A DNA stretch of 64,000 nucleotides from Lingula anatina (Eukaryota; Animalia; Brachiopoda), in NCBI GenBank assembly GCA_051362555.1, contig CM120643.1, positions 22,758,848 to 22,822,847 on the forward strand, in the 5' to 3' direction. The notes beneath the pieces were generated by a model, which saw only the letters and a program-made list of their open reading frames with translations, searched no databases and had not been told where the DNA came from. The position numbers and the translations under genes were made by a program. Shown here one piece after another: positions 52,801-64,000 of this stretch; position 1 is the stretch's first letter, and each line of letters begins with the position of its first letter.

Positions 52801-54142
52801 GCTGTTGCGTTTTATGTTGACCTTTTCAGGGTTTTAACTGACTAGCAGCACTACAGTTTCAAATTGAAAAGAGATCAAAACATTTCCTTCACACACATCA
52901 TACAATGTACAATGTAGTTAATCAAGGAAAAAAGTCAGAATCTGTTAAGATTCACATGCCAACCTCAATATATTTTATGATTTTCAGAAAATTTAGTTTT
53001 CCTGTTTTGTTTAATATACGATTAAGATATGAAACCGACTTTTCAGTTGCAATTTCACAATTCACCAATTATCATTCTAGTATATACATATAAAGACGTT
53101 TCTCCACAGAATATATAAGATATTTTAATAATCAAACTGCTAAGATATGAATTATACATACACAGGTACGATGAAAAACAAAATGTGTAATTTGAGACAT
53201 GGAACATTATTAAAATAGAAGTTAAGTGTTTGAAGTCGCGCAATGTGACCAAATATATTGGAGTTTACATTACAAAGTATATAAAATAGTTAATGGGAAT
53301 ATTCTATACAGTATTCATCAAACTGAATTATTTAAAGTGCAGTTTTACATTGTCTGTTTATTTGTTGGTATATTTTTTCGTCGTGGGTTCGAAAACCAAT
53401 CTATTTTTATGGGCTGCATGATACCTTTCATCGAGTCCAATAGAAATCAATAAAAGCAAATCAAGTTTAGCAGTTTGTATGCTACGTGGCGATGAAAGAT
53501 TAGCCTCCACCACGACCACAGGTATTCTTTCGTTAGATATTCACAGATATTTCTCAGGCTATTCACCAGCTGTGGCCAATTTCTGTTCTGTGAAGATCAC
53601 AACACAACGACTACGTCTTCAGGTAGCCTTCCTCTGGTGGAGTAATGGAACTCACGTTCTCATTAAGAATCACCCTAGATACATTTTCCCCAGAGTCTGG
53701 AGCCTTTGAGAAAAAATCACGTTAGGTTTCGAGAGCGTGGTCTGAAACAGGAGCATATTAACAAGTGCGGTGCAGCAACGATAAAAAAGGTGACAGGATT
53801 TATCCGCGCATATTTTCCTGGATATTTGTTTATTAATAACTGTAGGATTTCTGTCTTTTACGCAGCAATACGCACACGAGTACGCAAGTGTGAATACCAG
53901 CTTGTGTATTGTTTTATAAAAGATATATTCCAAGCGCACAGAGTTTCACCCTAAATGTTAAAAGGTACCCCCCCCCCCCCCCTGTATGCCCCGCCTTACA
54001 CGAACTATCGCACTTAATCTAGTCTCGTATGAAGTTACAAAGTGCCGACACCCTCTTTTTAAGTTTATTCGGATACTTGGCACTTGGGATAAAGCACTCG
54101 TTTAACTATAAAATTGAGTCAAGCTGCAGGCGCGGCATCTAA

Positions 54143-54157
54143 AATAAATAAAAAAAA

Positions 54158-54192
<35 letters not shown>

Positions 54193-54195
54193 ATA
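54143..54195. repeat. (AAAT)n microsatellite
   Basis: Direct reading. Confidence 0.85.
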
Positions 54196-54621
54196 TTTGA
54201 TTAACCATTATTCTCAAAGGGAATGCATGTAATGCTTCAAAAATACATTTTTGCTTTAACACATAGGCTAAAAAGATATCAATATTTGACAGTTAAGAAA
54301 GCAATATCCTTTTATTATCCTGATCATGACTTACAAACGAGTCACATATAACGAGAACCATTTGATACATTTGATACTAAATGGATTTCCGCCATATTTG
54401 CCTAGAATGGATATAATGTTGGTGCAAAACTATAAAACAGACACAGAAGAAGAATGCTGAGTTTTAGGTACTGGTATAGACCAGACTGCCTCTTAAAAAA
54501 AGCTGCGAATTAAAAAAATGTTAAGATCTGAAATGCGGGTTGTTTATTTCCTGGTTTGTCATTCATCCCCTTGAGCATGCCTCTAGGGATTTCGAGTCCA
54601 CGCAAATCAGAGACCTACGGT

Positions 54622-54711
54622 GCCGTAGATGCTCACAAAATTCCATAATCTAACAATTACGCTACAGCCGTAGATGCTCACAAAATTCCATAATCTAACA
54701 ATTACGCTACA
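54622..54711. repeat. Perfect 45-bp tandem duplication (2 copies)
   Basis: GCCGTAGATGCTCACAAAATTCCATAATCTAACAATTACGCTACA x2. Confidence 0.9.
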
Positions 54712-54763
54712 GATACTCCGCAAGAGTCCCCAGAGAGTCGTATCACCACGTGGAAAATGACCG

Positions 54764-54765
54764 AC

Positions 54766-54806
<41 letters not shown>

Positions 54807-54830
54807 GACAGGCAGACAGAGAGACAGGCA

Positions 54831-54881
<51 letters not shown>

Positions 54882-55045
54882 AGACACAGGAAGGCGAACA
54901 GCGAGACGGCAAACAGGCAGGTAGAAAGAGAGGAAGGGGCAGGCGGGGAGAGAAACAAGCATACCGGGCAAAGTGATAGACAAGCAGGCAGAAAATCAGG
55001 GAGAGAGAGATAGAGAGAGAGAGAGAGAGGCAGGCAGGCAGAGGG
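54764..55045. repeat. (CA)n-(GA)n compound microsatellite and purine-rich low-complexity tract
   Basis: Direct reading; source of several spurious ORFs. Confidence 0.9.
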
Positions 55046-56671
55046 TCAGTCAAGTAGGCATAGGGACAGAAAGGGCAAAAGAAATCACGAAAATGCGTTA
55101 TCACAAATGCAATCTCTTTACGGCAAGAGCCAATTTTGGTTGCGCTAACTTAAATTAAACAATGCATTTGAGGAAGGGTTCCAGTACAGTGTTTTGCATG
55201 AAAGAGAACTGTGATATTGACACTGGTGTCATCGCATTCTAAATCAGGATTATTTAAATGATTTTCGCTACCAATTTGCCTCCCGTATCTTCATAAACAT
55301 TTCGGGTTGTGAAGTACATGTACATTGAAGTGTATTGATAGAAAATCGATTTTAACACGCCATTTGAATAGAGTGCAAGAAACTATCCACTGCACCCAAG
55401 GAATTAATTTCATTTGAAACTACTACACATTGAGGTCCTCCACTTTGGAAACGCTTTATTTCAAAGAAACTTAATTTGATCTCGCAAAAGCACATAACGG
55501 TATTGACATTACCCAGGCGAGTGATCCGCTGGGTAGAAACGAAAACATGATCCTTTCCTTTGACTTGATACTAGTGACTTGAGAATTAAACCATTTTATC
55601 AATGCACAGCTTTCTCAATGTGAAAACAGATTTATCACTCTGGGGGACGGTGCGTAGGAAGCGTGATCACTGACTGAGCACTTAGTCAGTGCTCTCCGTA
55701 AATGTCAGGGGGGGGGGGGGGGAGAAAATCTCATACATGTAACTGTTAATAATGGGCAAGTGCTTTGGAGAGATTTCTAAAACCATAAATAAATTTTAAA
55801 AAGGTAAAACTCTAGTTTCGTCTTCCATTAAGAATAAACCCAATAAACAAGTGCCCCGAGAAATGAATACAAGGTCATTTGCAGCGCTCATACATATGTT
55901 TCTTTTGGATCTATGGAAAATAACAGGACAATAAGCTATATCATCTAATATAATATTCTATTTATCTCTGAGGACCACTTCCATGAAGCATTTTCTCTCT
56001 GTTCCAAGTTTTTTTTTTTTTTTTGAGAAATAGATTTTCTGCAAGTACTGTGGTAAATATTTTGAGACTGCAATCGCATTATTGTGACCCAAGGGGCAGC
56101 GTGTAAATTTGATCAGCCGAGATATTTTTTTTTGCTGTGACACTATATATGTGTTGAGTCCATTAGATAAGGGCAATTTAGGATCGTGCACTCTTAGATA
56201 CAAGCAAATAATCGGCAAAGATGTCAAATGCGACATTATAAATAAAATATTTTCTAGGTGGAAACAAATGTACATCATTCTTCAGAAAGGATGCCAGAAA
56301 TATACCTTGGGAGTTACAACCTTTTTTTTTTTTTTACAAAAAAACATATGTAATTAACTGACACATTAGTGGTGTTTAAGTATTTATAATATCTTACTTA
56401 AACACTAAAAAATGAATAAAACCTTCAACAAATCCAAATCCAATTTCAAGATGTCAGAAAAAAAAAAACGTAATGCGTGAAAGGTTCTATCTAAAATGTG
56501 TATTATAACCCCTAAAAAGCAAAGCTACTTCATTAGCTTATAATTTTGAATTATAGATGATCTACTTTTATGAAAAACAAAAACAAAAACAGAACATTGC
56601 ACTGCACTTTCCAAATATGCAATAAATACATACATACATAAACAGGTCTATAGTAGAAGACCCCTAGGCTC

Positions 56672-56806
56672 TACCCTCTACCAGGGCCACGAATTGGTTT
56701 TTTACCAGATATTCACAGATATGTCCCAAAATAAATGATGGTACTTTTCTGAACTGTCACGCCAGAGAAAAGTGCACATAACTTTCTGGAACTCTGGTAG
56801 GGGGTA
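56672..56806. mobile_element. TA-flanked MITE (family G, Tc1/mariner-type TSD)
   Basis: TA|CCCTCTACCAG...CTGGTAGGGGG|TA; related copies at 7195-7335, ~28099 and ~28208. Confidence 0.72.
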
Positions 56807-58924
56807 TTTAACGCCGACCTGCTGTGGGATGATATTTTCAAGAAAATCACAAGGCAATCAAATAAATTTGTGAAGAAAACAATGCACGAAAAGTGATCAA
56901 CAGTATCATGCAAAACCCTAGGTGCCGTAAAATCATTTGATTGAGTCTGTCAACTCAATCCTTCGTAGTTTCATGCATGTATAAAAATATGACGACTTAA
57001 CTCACAATCATCCGTTAAAGATAGGACTTCTTTATCAGATAAGAATTTGAAGATTTACAGATAGGAAAACATAATCTTAGATGATTTCTAAATTGGACGG
57101 TAAGTGCCATGGTAATGCAAGGAAGTGGGCTTCCTAATTGTCTATGTTTTTTGTCGCTCTGTTTGACGGTTGTTGTTATATGAAACACGAATCGTTTCTG
57201 TTTAATGAACAATAACCTGTCTAATTACAGCCTTATCGGCAACAATACCAGTAGGTTATCGTAAATTACACTTTGAAATAGATGCTTCTATCGCACAGCT
57301 TTCGATGGCATCTAAGGTATACATAATACTATGTGGAAGTATCCAAAATGCGTTTTCAAATAGCCACATGTATTAAGCTACGCCGAATTTGGATCGATCT
57401 GTCTTCACAATGGACCTTAGCATTCCGAGGTCTCTGACAAAGTCAACAGCCAGGCGCGGCGGCGCCAACATCTCACGCGAATGGAAATTGATAAGAGATT
57501 GCTAGAGTTGCTTTCTACGTGAATATTAGTTTTCAAAACTAGAGTATTTTGACACAGTAACAACTGGTGGTTAGCAGAAAACATACTGCACAGTCATGTT
57601 GTCTATGGTCATTGCTTACAGAAAATGTCGCTTTCAAGTAATAACACATTAGACTACAGTAAAAACTTTGTTTAGCTCTTTCGTTAAGATCTCTCTCTCC
57701 TTCTCTCTTTCTCTCTCTCTTAAAACATTCAATAATGAATAATCGGCCAAGCTCAAAAAATTTTTATCTGTAGGCAGCGAACTGGGAAATCCAGTCGGGT
57801 AAAAAACACCTTAAGTGCTTTGCCAACACATTTTAATGTACACACTGAATCTTTTCAGACTCGATGCATTAATACCAAAGCTGTGCATTCCTGTTGACTT
57901 AAATCTGTGATACTCTAACCACTACCTAAAAGAAATTCAGACAGAAAATTCAATCCAAAAGTCAATATAAAAATACTGAAGCACCTTGTAAAAACACAGG
58001 TACATAACATCGTATAGTGCGAAACAAGCTTTACTAGTACATCAAAATTTAATCCGTCTACGGGTATGTACAAGCACAATATAGCTAGTTTATATAATGC
58101 CATTTTATTCAGATAAGTAATGTATATTCAGAAACAACGTGTAATAAATGTGCCTTGAAGATAAGTCTGTTTTTCTGACCAGAAAACAGTGGACGACATT
58201 TTAGGCTAATTAAACTGAATGTCTTTTTACTTGGGAAGTAATTGTAATGTATATTGTCGGCAACCAACGTTTTCCGCACATTAGGCTTATTTGAAAAACA
58301 TTGGCCAGATAGTAAGTCCCCAATATAATAACAATTAATCTAATCGAAGTAGCCATGGTAACATGCTCTTAGTAACTCCTTTCCACTAAAGGTCAGATAT
58401 ACCTTACAGTGATTGCTTAAACAGTATGGGCCTATTCCAGATATCTGTCAATTTAAACCCTTTGAAAATGGATTTAAGCCAGATAGGATACGATTTGTTT
58501 GAATCAAAATACATTTCAACGGTTAGCAAGAGGAAATCATTGTTTCGAAATCTTCCTTACAGCGGATTTAAGGATTTAAATGGCACTTTTGTTACTTCCT
58601 TTAAAGGGGCATTCAATGTGATTCTCTCGTCAAAATTAATATCTGGAGATTCTCTTTGAAAATCCCACACAGTTATATTCATGTCTTGTAAAGCTTCTGA
58701 AGTTTCTCCAATTCAAAACTCCAGAGACATTAAAACCATTTAGAAAAAAGTTTGTCTGAGACGTACAATGTTTCGTTATTATCTTTTAAGGATTTCATGA
58801 TCTTTTCATCATGACAAGAAAGTTTTCATGTAAGTTGGGTGATTGACTTTCATGGTGAAATCAGGATCGAGCAAGCTGGCTTTCACCAACAGCAATCGGC
58901 AAAATCGAAGGCAGCGCGTTCATA

Positions 58925-59043
58925 ACAGGTTTCCTGCCTCGTATTCGGAGGTTCTCGTGCGAGAAAAGGTTATTTATCGTGTTGCAGGACTTCCTCGTTT
59001 GTTGAAATTGTCTTTCTAAAAATAGAATACAGGCCCAACTGGC
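58925..59043. repeat. Interspersed repeat fragment (family C), copy 2
   Basis: Matches 20111-20229. Confidence 0.75.
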
Positions 59044-60582
59044 TTTCAGTGTTCCCATATGGTTGCAGTGACCTATGTTTAAGTATGGCGCAAGCATAGT
59101 TTCAGGACAGACGTGCCTACTGGTAGTCAAAAACAATGATGGATTTAAGAGCAGTTTTAGGAATGCTGTACTTCTGTGCGGTAGTGAGAGGTAGGTTATT
59201 TCCTCTCCTCTGACGAGGTTTTTATGGAACAATACCAAATCAACTCTTTCTACCGTTTTCAGTCGTGCGCTAATGAAACTTGGTTCTCACGCAAAATCTA
59301 CAATGAACTGTTCTTCCTTTTGAATTATTTTTTAACTGTTTTCTTTTCCACTATCAACAGAACAGTTTTGTACTATGAAACCCTACAAACCAGGACAGCT
59401 TAGGATGCAAATGTGTACCTGGGTATTTAGCTCATGCAGGCGTTCGTTTGGTCTCCTGTGCCACGACCTTAATTATGATTGCTGAAACTCGTGAATCGAA
59501 AGTTATTGCCGCCCAGTTAAGAGACAAAGGTTTTTTAAAATCGCTCTCCAGTTCATGCATAAATTTTCTGGACGAACAAACATGCTACACGCAGTTGACT
59601 TATGACTGACACCGTAGTATTACCAGATTTAAGTAATATCCTACGCGATTTTCCTGTTGACCTCCCTATATCCGAAACTGTGCAAGCATGCGTTGTAGTC
59701 TTGTCACTTCAGTTAACTGTGACTTCATCACTGACTAGAACTAAGAAGGTAGATATCCATTTCTTTGCTAGATCACATATGTCATTTCGTATTAAGTCTA
59801 TTTCCTTGAGGCAACAAACGTATGCCATTATACTTCCAAACCATGTTTTTATATTGTTATGTGTGACTTGAGCTTAATTTGTAGGCCTAATGTCATCAAA
59901 ACTGTCTCATTCGCCAATGTCCTCATTTTGACGGGCCTCTCTCCTGATACGGCGAAATGTGTTATGTATTTTTTAAAAAATATGAATGAACAATGCACTT
60001 ACAATGCTAAAACGATAGACTCCTGTACATGTAATATACTGTGCCTGTTCATCCCCCCGCCCGCCCGCCCGCCCTCATGAAACACAAGCCTATATATTAT
60101 ATATTCCTTTCGCATCTATTTTCTCTCAGACGTTTTAATGAGCTTTCCAGTGCTTTAGAGGAAATATGCTGCTTGCCAAAGTCGCCTATTTTATTTTTTA
60201 CGCTTAAAATATAGCGTTAAGTGGTCAATAGGGAGAACAAGGTGACTGCATGGTAGCAGTTTGAGGCACAAACTTGATAACTCAGTATAACAAAGCAACT
60301 CAGGTGCTTAAAATTAAATCAAAGCAAAACAAAACAAAACAAAAAGTTTTTTTCTTTTTGTCAGTCCGCGAGTAACACCCAAATCTCCGTGCTGCGGTCT
60401 TCCTTACTCCACATATTTTACAAGAATCGATCTAAATATATACAATATTCTCATCGAAAAAGAAGAAGGAAAAGTTACTTTTATGCCAACAGTATCAAAC
60501 ATTTCATATCTTTTACTCCTATTTCTTAGGCGCAGCCCTCTCAAAATGCTCGTTTTAAAAAAATATTTTCTCTGACTTTTAG

Positions 60583-63500
60583 CCTGCTTCAGATGCGGAA
60601 CTCGACCCCACGTTCCGCGAAGTGTCAGGCGCCAGGAAGCTTATCCCCACTCTTGGCCGTGGATGGCTTATATAGAAATTGGACGAGAAACAGGAGAAGG
60701 CAATCGATATAAATACAACTGTGGAGGGAGCCTCCTTGATAAAAGATGGGTGCTGACAGCCGCTCACTGCTTGCATACACCGTAAGTACGCACTGAGTTA
60801 GTCCTACTATCCATGCGTGGGGCTCATTCATATGCATGTTACACAGAATTTTAGAAAAATCTTACAACACAGAGCTATATTTTTAAAAAATACAACTCTT
60901 TAGTTTTGTTAGTTGGTCGGAAATGAATTGTCTGTATAATGTAAATAGAATCGAAAGCATAAACATCTATACAGTAGCATCATGTACATTTAGGCCTAAC
61001 AGCAAGATACAAAGCGAGAAATATCCTATAGATATTGAACGATGTGCTTTATGAGCAAATGCTCGCGCGCGCGCGTGTTTGTGTGTGCGCACGCGCGAGA
61101 GAGAAAGTAGTATACTTTATTTGCATTATTGCTGATTTTCAATTGAACTCCAGTTGGGACTCTCCCATTCAATTGCAATGGCAAGCGGAGGATATTAAGG
61201 TGTCACTAGGTGTTCACAATCGGGCAAGACGCGCCACAACCACAGCTGTCATCGAAAGGAATGTTAGTGAGGTTCACATTATCAACAGCTATAAACCAGA
61301 CACTCTTGACAACGACGCAGCTTTGCTAAAACTCTCTGAACCTGTCCCTTTTAACGATGAAATCGGACCAACATGCCCTGTCGATCACAGATTTGATTTC
61401 GAAGGAGCGCTATGCACGGTAATCGGATGGGGGACTTTGGGGTTTGGTAAGTTGACGTGAAAAAATGTTATTTCAAACAATGAAATAAATGAATAATAAA
61501 GAAACGAACAAATTAATACATATGTGAGTAAATAAGTAAGTAAGTAAGTTAATAATAATAAAAAAAACGTCTTGCGCCTTGAAATTGGAAAATTTGAATC
61601 TTTCTTGTAGATCCTTTTAGGTAACTAATAGGTAGTGTTTATGGTGTTTATTTTTTCACATTAATCCCAAATGGAAAAACATCAAGATATGAAATGGCTG
61701 CATTTTTCGACATTTGATCAGTTATTTAGGCCTTCCTCAGTACACTACATGTAGATAACTAATATTCCTGGAACAATATTATTTTCAAGGAAACCCTGTA
61801 CCCAGTGATGTACTGACCGAAGCGCCTGTTCGGTATATGTCTGCTGAATCCTGTCGCACCAATTCTCGCTATCCACGAGATGTGATCACGGACGACATGC
61901 TGTGCGCTGAGGAGTACGGGGGAGACGGCTGTGCGGTGGGGAAAACTCAAATAATATTGAAATTAGAGATGAATATGAAATTTAACATTGTTTCGCGCGT
62001 GCGCGTGTGTGTGTGCGCGTAAACATATTTTTTGTTTTTGCGCACCTGTGTAAAGCCTAGGTCCCAACGGGCTACTACGTGTGGTCTACGGCCAAAAAAA
62101 ATGGGGAAAACGTGGGAGTTCGTGCGTAAGGAGCACGTCCATCGTGCGACTTTTGGAGGACGCAAACAGCAGGTAGAAACTTAACGACATGATCAACTCT
62201 TTGCAATCACCAATTACTTGATTCCTTCCCTGCTATCTAGCTACGTCCTAGCCGGACGCAAGGAACCTAAAAAACCGTGCGTCCAAAACGTGGTTGGGAC
62301 CTAGGCTTAAGTAAAACTGTTTTGAATATACTACATACGTGTATATCAACGCATAAAAAAATCAAACTTTAAAGATTCAAACTTTAAAATATGGATAAGG
62401 AATCATTCTCATGATATTAATCTAAACGCACTTGAGACCCTGTGCATGACTAACTGTGCCAAATATGCATTTGCAGGGAGATCCAGGAGGACCTCTTCTG
62501 TGTGAGTTCCCAACTGACCGCAAGACAGAGTGGAAACAACTGGGCATCGTCAGTTTCGGCAGAGGATGCGAGTACATCTCCTATCCCGGCGTCTACACGG
62601 ACGTCAGGAAAATATCCGACTGGCTTTACAGAACTATTGGTGAGTACGGTATTAGTGTTATTACTTTAACAAAAAGAACTGGCTTGAAAACAACCGTTTT
62701 ACCATTGAAGTGTCATTTTATTTACAATAAATATTGATTCGCCATATTTGTATGATTATTCAGTGGTATGGAGAATTGAAGACTGTAGTAATAGGCCTAA
62801 TGGTTCACAAAAATGGTTCGCTAGTCATTGTGAAAGCCATTTTTAAAAATGGCCTTTCAGTGGCTACTAAAATCATTGAAATTCATTTTTTTTGTCTTCA
62901 CTTATAAGTTTAAGACCTGGTAATTATAAGACTGATATAAAATAGTTTTATTGGAGATGAGTCCTGAAGTAAATATCTGTTGATCAACACCCCCTCCCCC
63001 CCCCCCCCAAAAAAAAAAAAAAACTTTTCAAAGGAGTGTTATATTTTGGATACGGATCTATTTGCTCTAGATAGCAGATCAATGCACATACTAATGACTG
63101 AAAAAAAATAATCATTAATCATCGAATTAACTGGTTTTCTAATTGGTTTGTCAATAATATTTTTCTGACCTTTTTGTCAATTTTACCACATTTCCCCTTT
63201 TACAATTACTGGCAATGGCTGCGGTCACCTCTTTGCTTGTATCAGCCCGAAGCTGGTTTTGGAAAGAAAATTCATAAGCATCGGTGATGTAAAGAAATTT
63301 TAACTAATTAAATTTCCAGGTAGTTTCAATTTTTTAAAAGTAAATCTTCAAATCTTTTGGGGTGGGGAGTGGGGGGGGGGGGGGGGTATAGATGCAATGC
63401 GCAATGCACGTCTTCCAACTTAGAAAGCGTATAACTAGACTTATTATGTTTCAGTCGCTGGCTCGTGCGGGTCCCTGGAAAGACTTGGCTCGGCATACTA

Positions 63501-63720
63501 CACCAACGACACAACATTTGAGACACTGAGCGACCTCACGGAGAGGGAATGCGAACAAGAGTGTATTAACATATATAAGTGTAAAGCGGCAACCTATCGT
63601 CGGAATCCACCAACATGTTGGCTTCAAGCCAAGCCTCAAAACGCTGGAAAGCACAGCGACTGGGTGGCTTTCCGTATAAAGGACGGTTGCAAGAAGCCGA
63701 TTCCATACACGCGCACATGA
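60583..63720 (+). CDS. Trypsin-like (S1A) serine protease homologue, non-catalytic, with C-terminal PAN/Apple domain; first (signal peptide) exon not located
   Basis: Exons 60583-60781, 61154-61446, 61790-61935, 62477-62639, 63455-63720, phase-consistent. HSWPWMA, CGGSLL..WVLTAAHC, DNDAALLKL, C.VIGWG, MLCA, DGCAGDPGGPLLC, LGIVSFGRGC, PGVYTDV. Last exon TERECEQECINIYKCKAATY.....CWL is a PAN/Apple pattern. Confidence 0.88.
62054..62307. mobile_element. PIF/Harbinger MITE (family B), copy 2, in protease intron
   Basis: TAA|AGCCTAGGTCCCAAC...GTTGGGACCTAGGCT|TAA. Confidence 0.88.
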
Positions 63721-64000
63721 GTATTGGAAGGTGAAAGTTCACAATATACGCTATAACGTACAAAATATCACAAGATTTCGTCTTATAAAGGCGGTATAGG
63801 GAAGTACCTTGGGTTTGTCTTGGAGTAATTTCAAAGTACATGCAACAGCAATCTGTGTGCATTAGTTTTTGTAATGGGTGTCAAATTGTCAAAATAGGAA
63901 AAATAATGATAACATCCCACTTGTACGTTAAAACTAAATAGATTTACAATAACTACTGTTTTCCTTAATTTTAAACTGTAAAAGAAACAAGAAAAAAAAA

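Noticed and set aside
54607-55158. Cluster of overlapping ORFs (HTHT/RERE/SLSL)
   Set aside because: Translations of microsatellites.
59405-59871. Candidate signal-peptide exon for the protease homologue
   Set aside because: No ATG + hydrophobic stretch + phase-1 donor combination could be identified with confidence.
62764-62846. Alternative last exon for the protease (VVWRIEDCSN...HF*)
   Set aside because: In phase but has no recognisable domain; the 63455 exon encodes a clear PAN/Apple pattern.

Overview
AT-rich animal genomic DNA with spliceosomal GT-AG introns, microsatellites and many MITEs. It is probably a marine invertebrate such as a lophotrochozoan, but I cannot fix the taxon. Four + strand genes can be rebuilt by hand with consistent intron phases. 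(1) The 3' part of a neutral sphingomyelinase (SMPD3/nSMase2-like), <1-3321. (2) A 10-coding-exon type I membrane receptor (~787 aa, 10125-16984): signal peptide, one TNFR-like cysteine-rich domain, Sushi/CCP domain, TM helix, and a long death-domain-less tail with three RHIM-like motifs, a TRAF6-type motif and two beta-TrCP-type degrons. An AP-1 + perfect kappaB promoter candidate lies at ~6.6 kb. (3) An intronless class A GPCR of the galanin/allatostatin-A/kisspeptin receptor group with DRY changed to FRY (48095-49312). (4) A catalytically dead trypsin-like protease homologue (GDPGG, no IVGG) with a C-terminal PAN/Apple exon missing from the ORF track (<60583-63720). At least six TIR MITE families with readable TSDs and a 20-bp palindromic transposon footprint are also present. 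The best candidate for an undescribed system is the kappaB-linked TNFR-Sushi-RHIM receptor next to nSMase. All models are manual and need RNA-seq/HMM confirmation.
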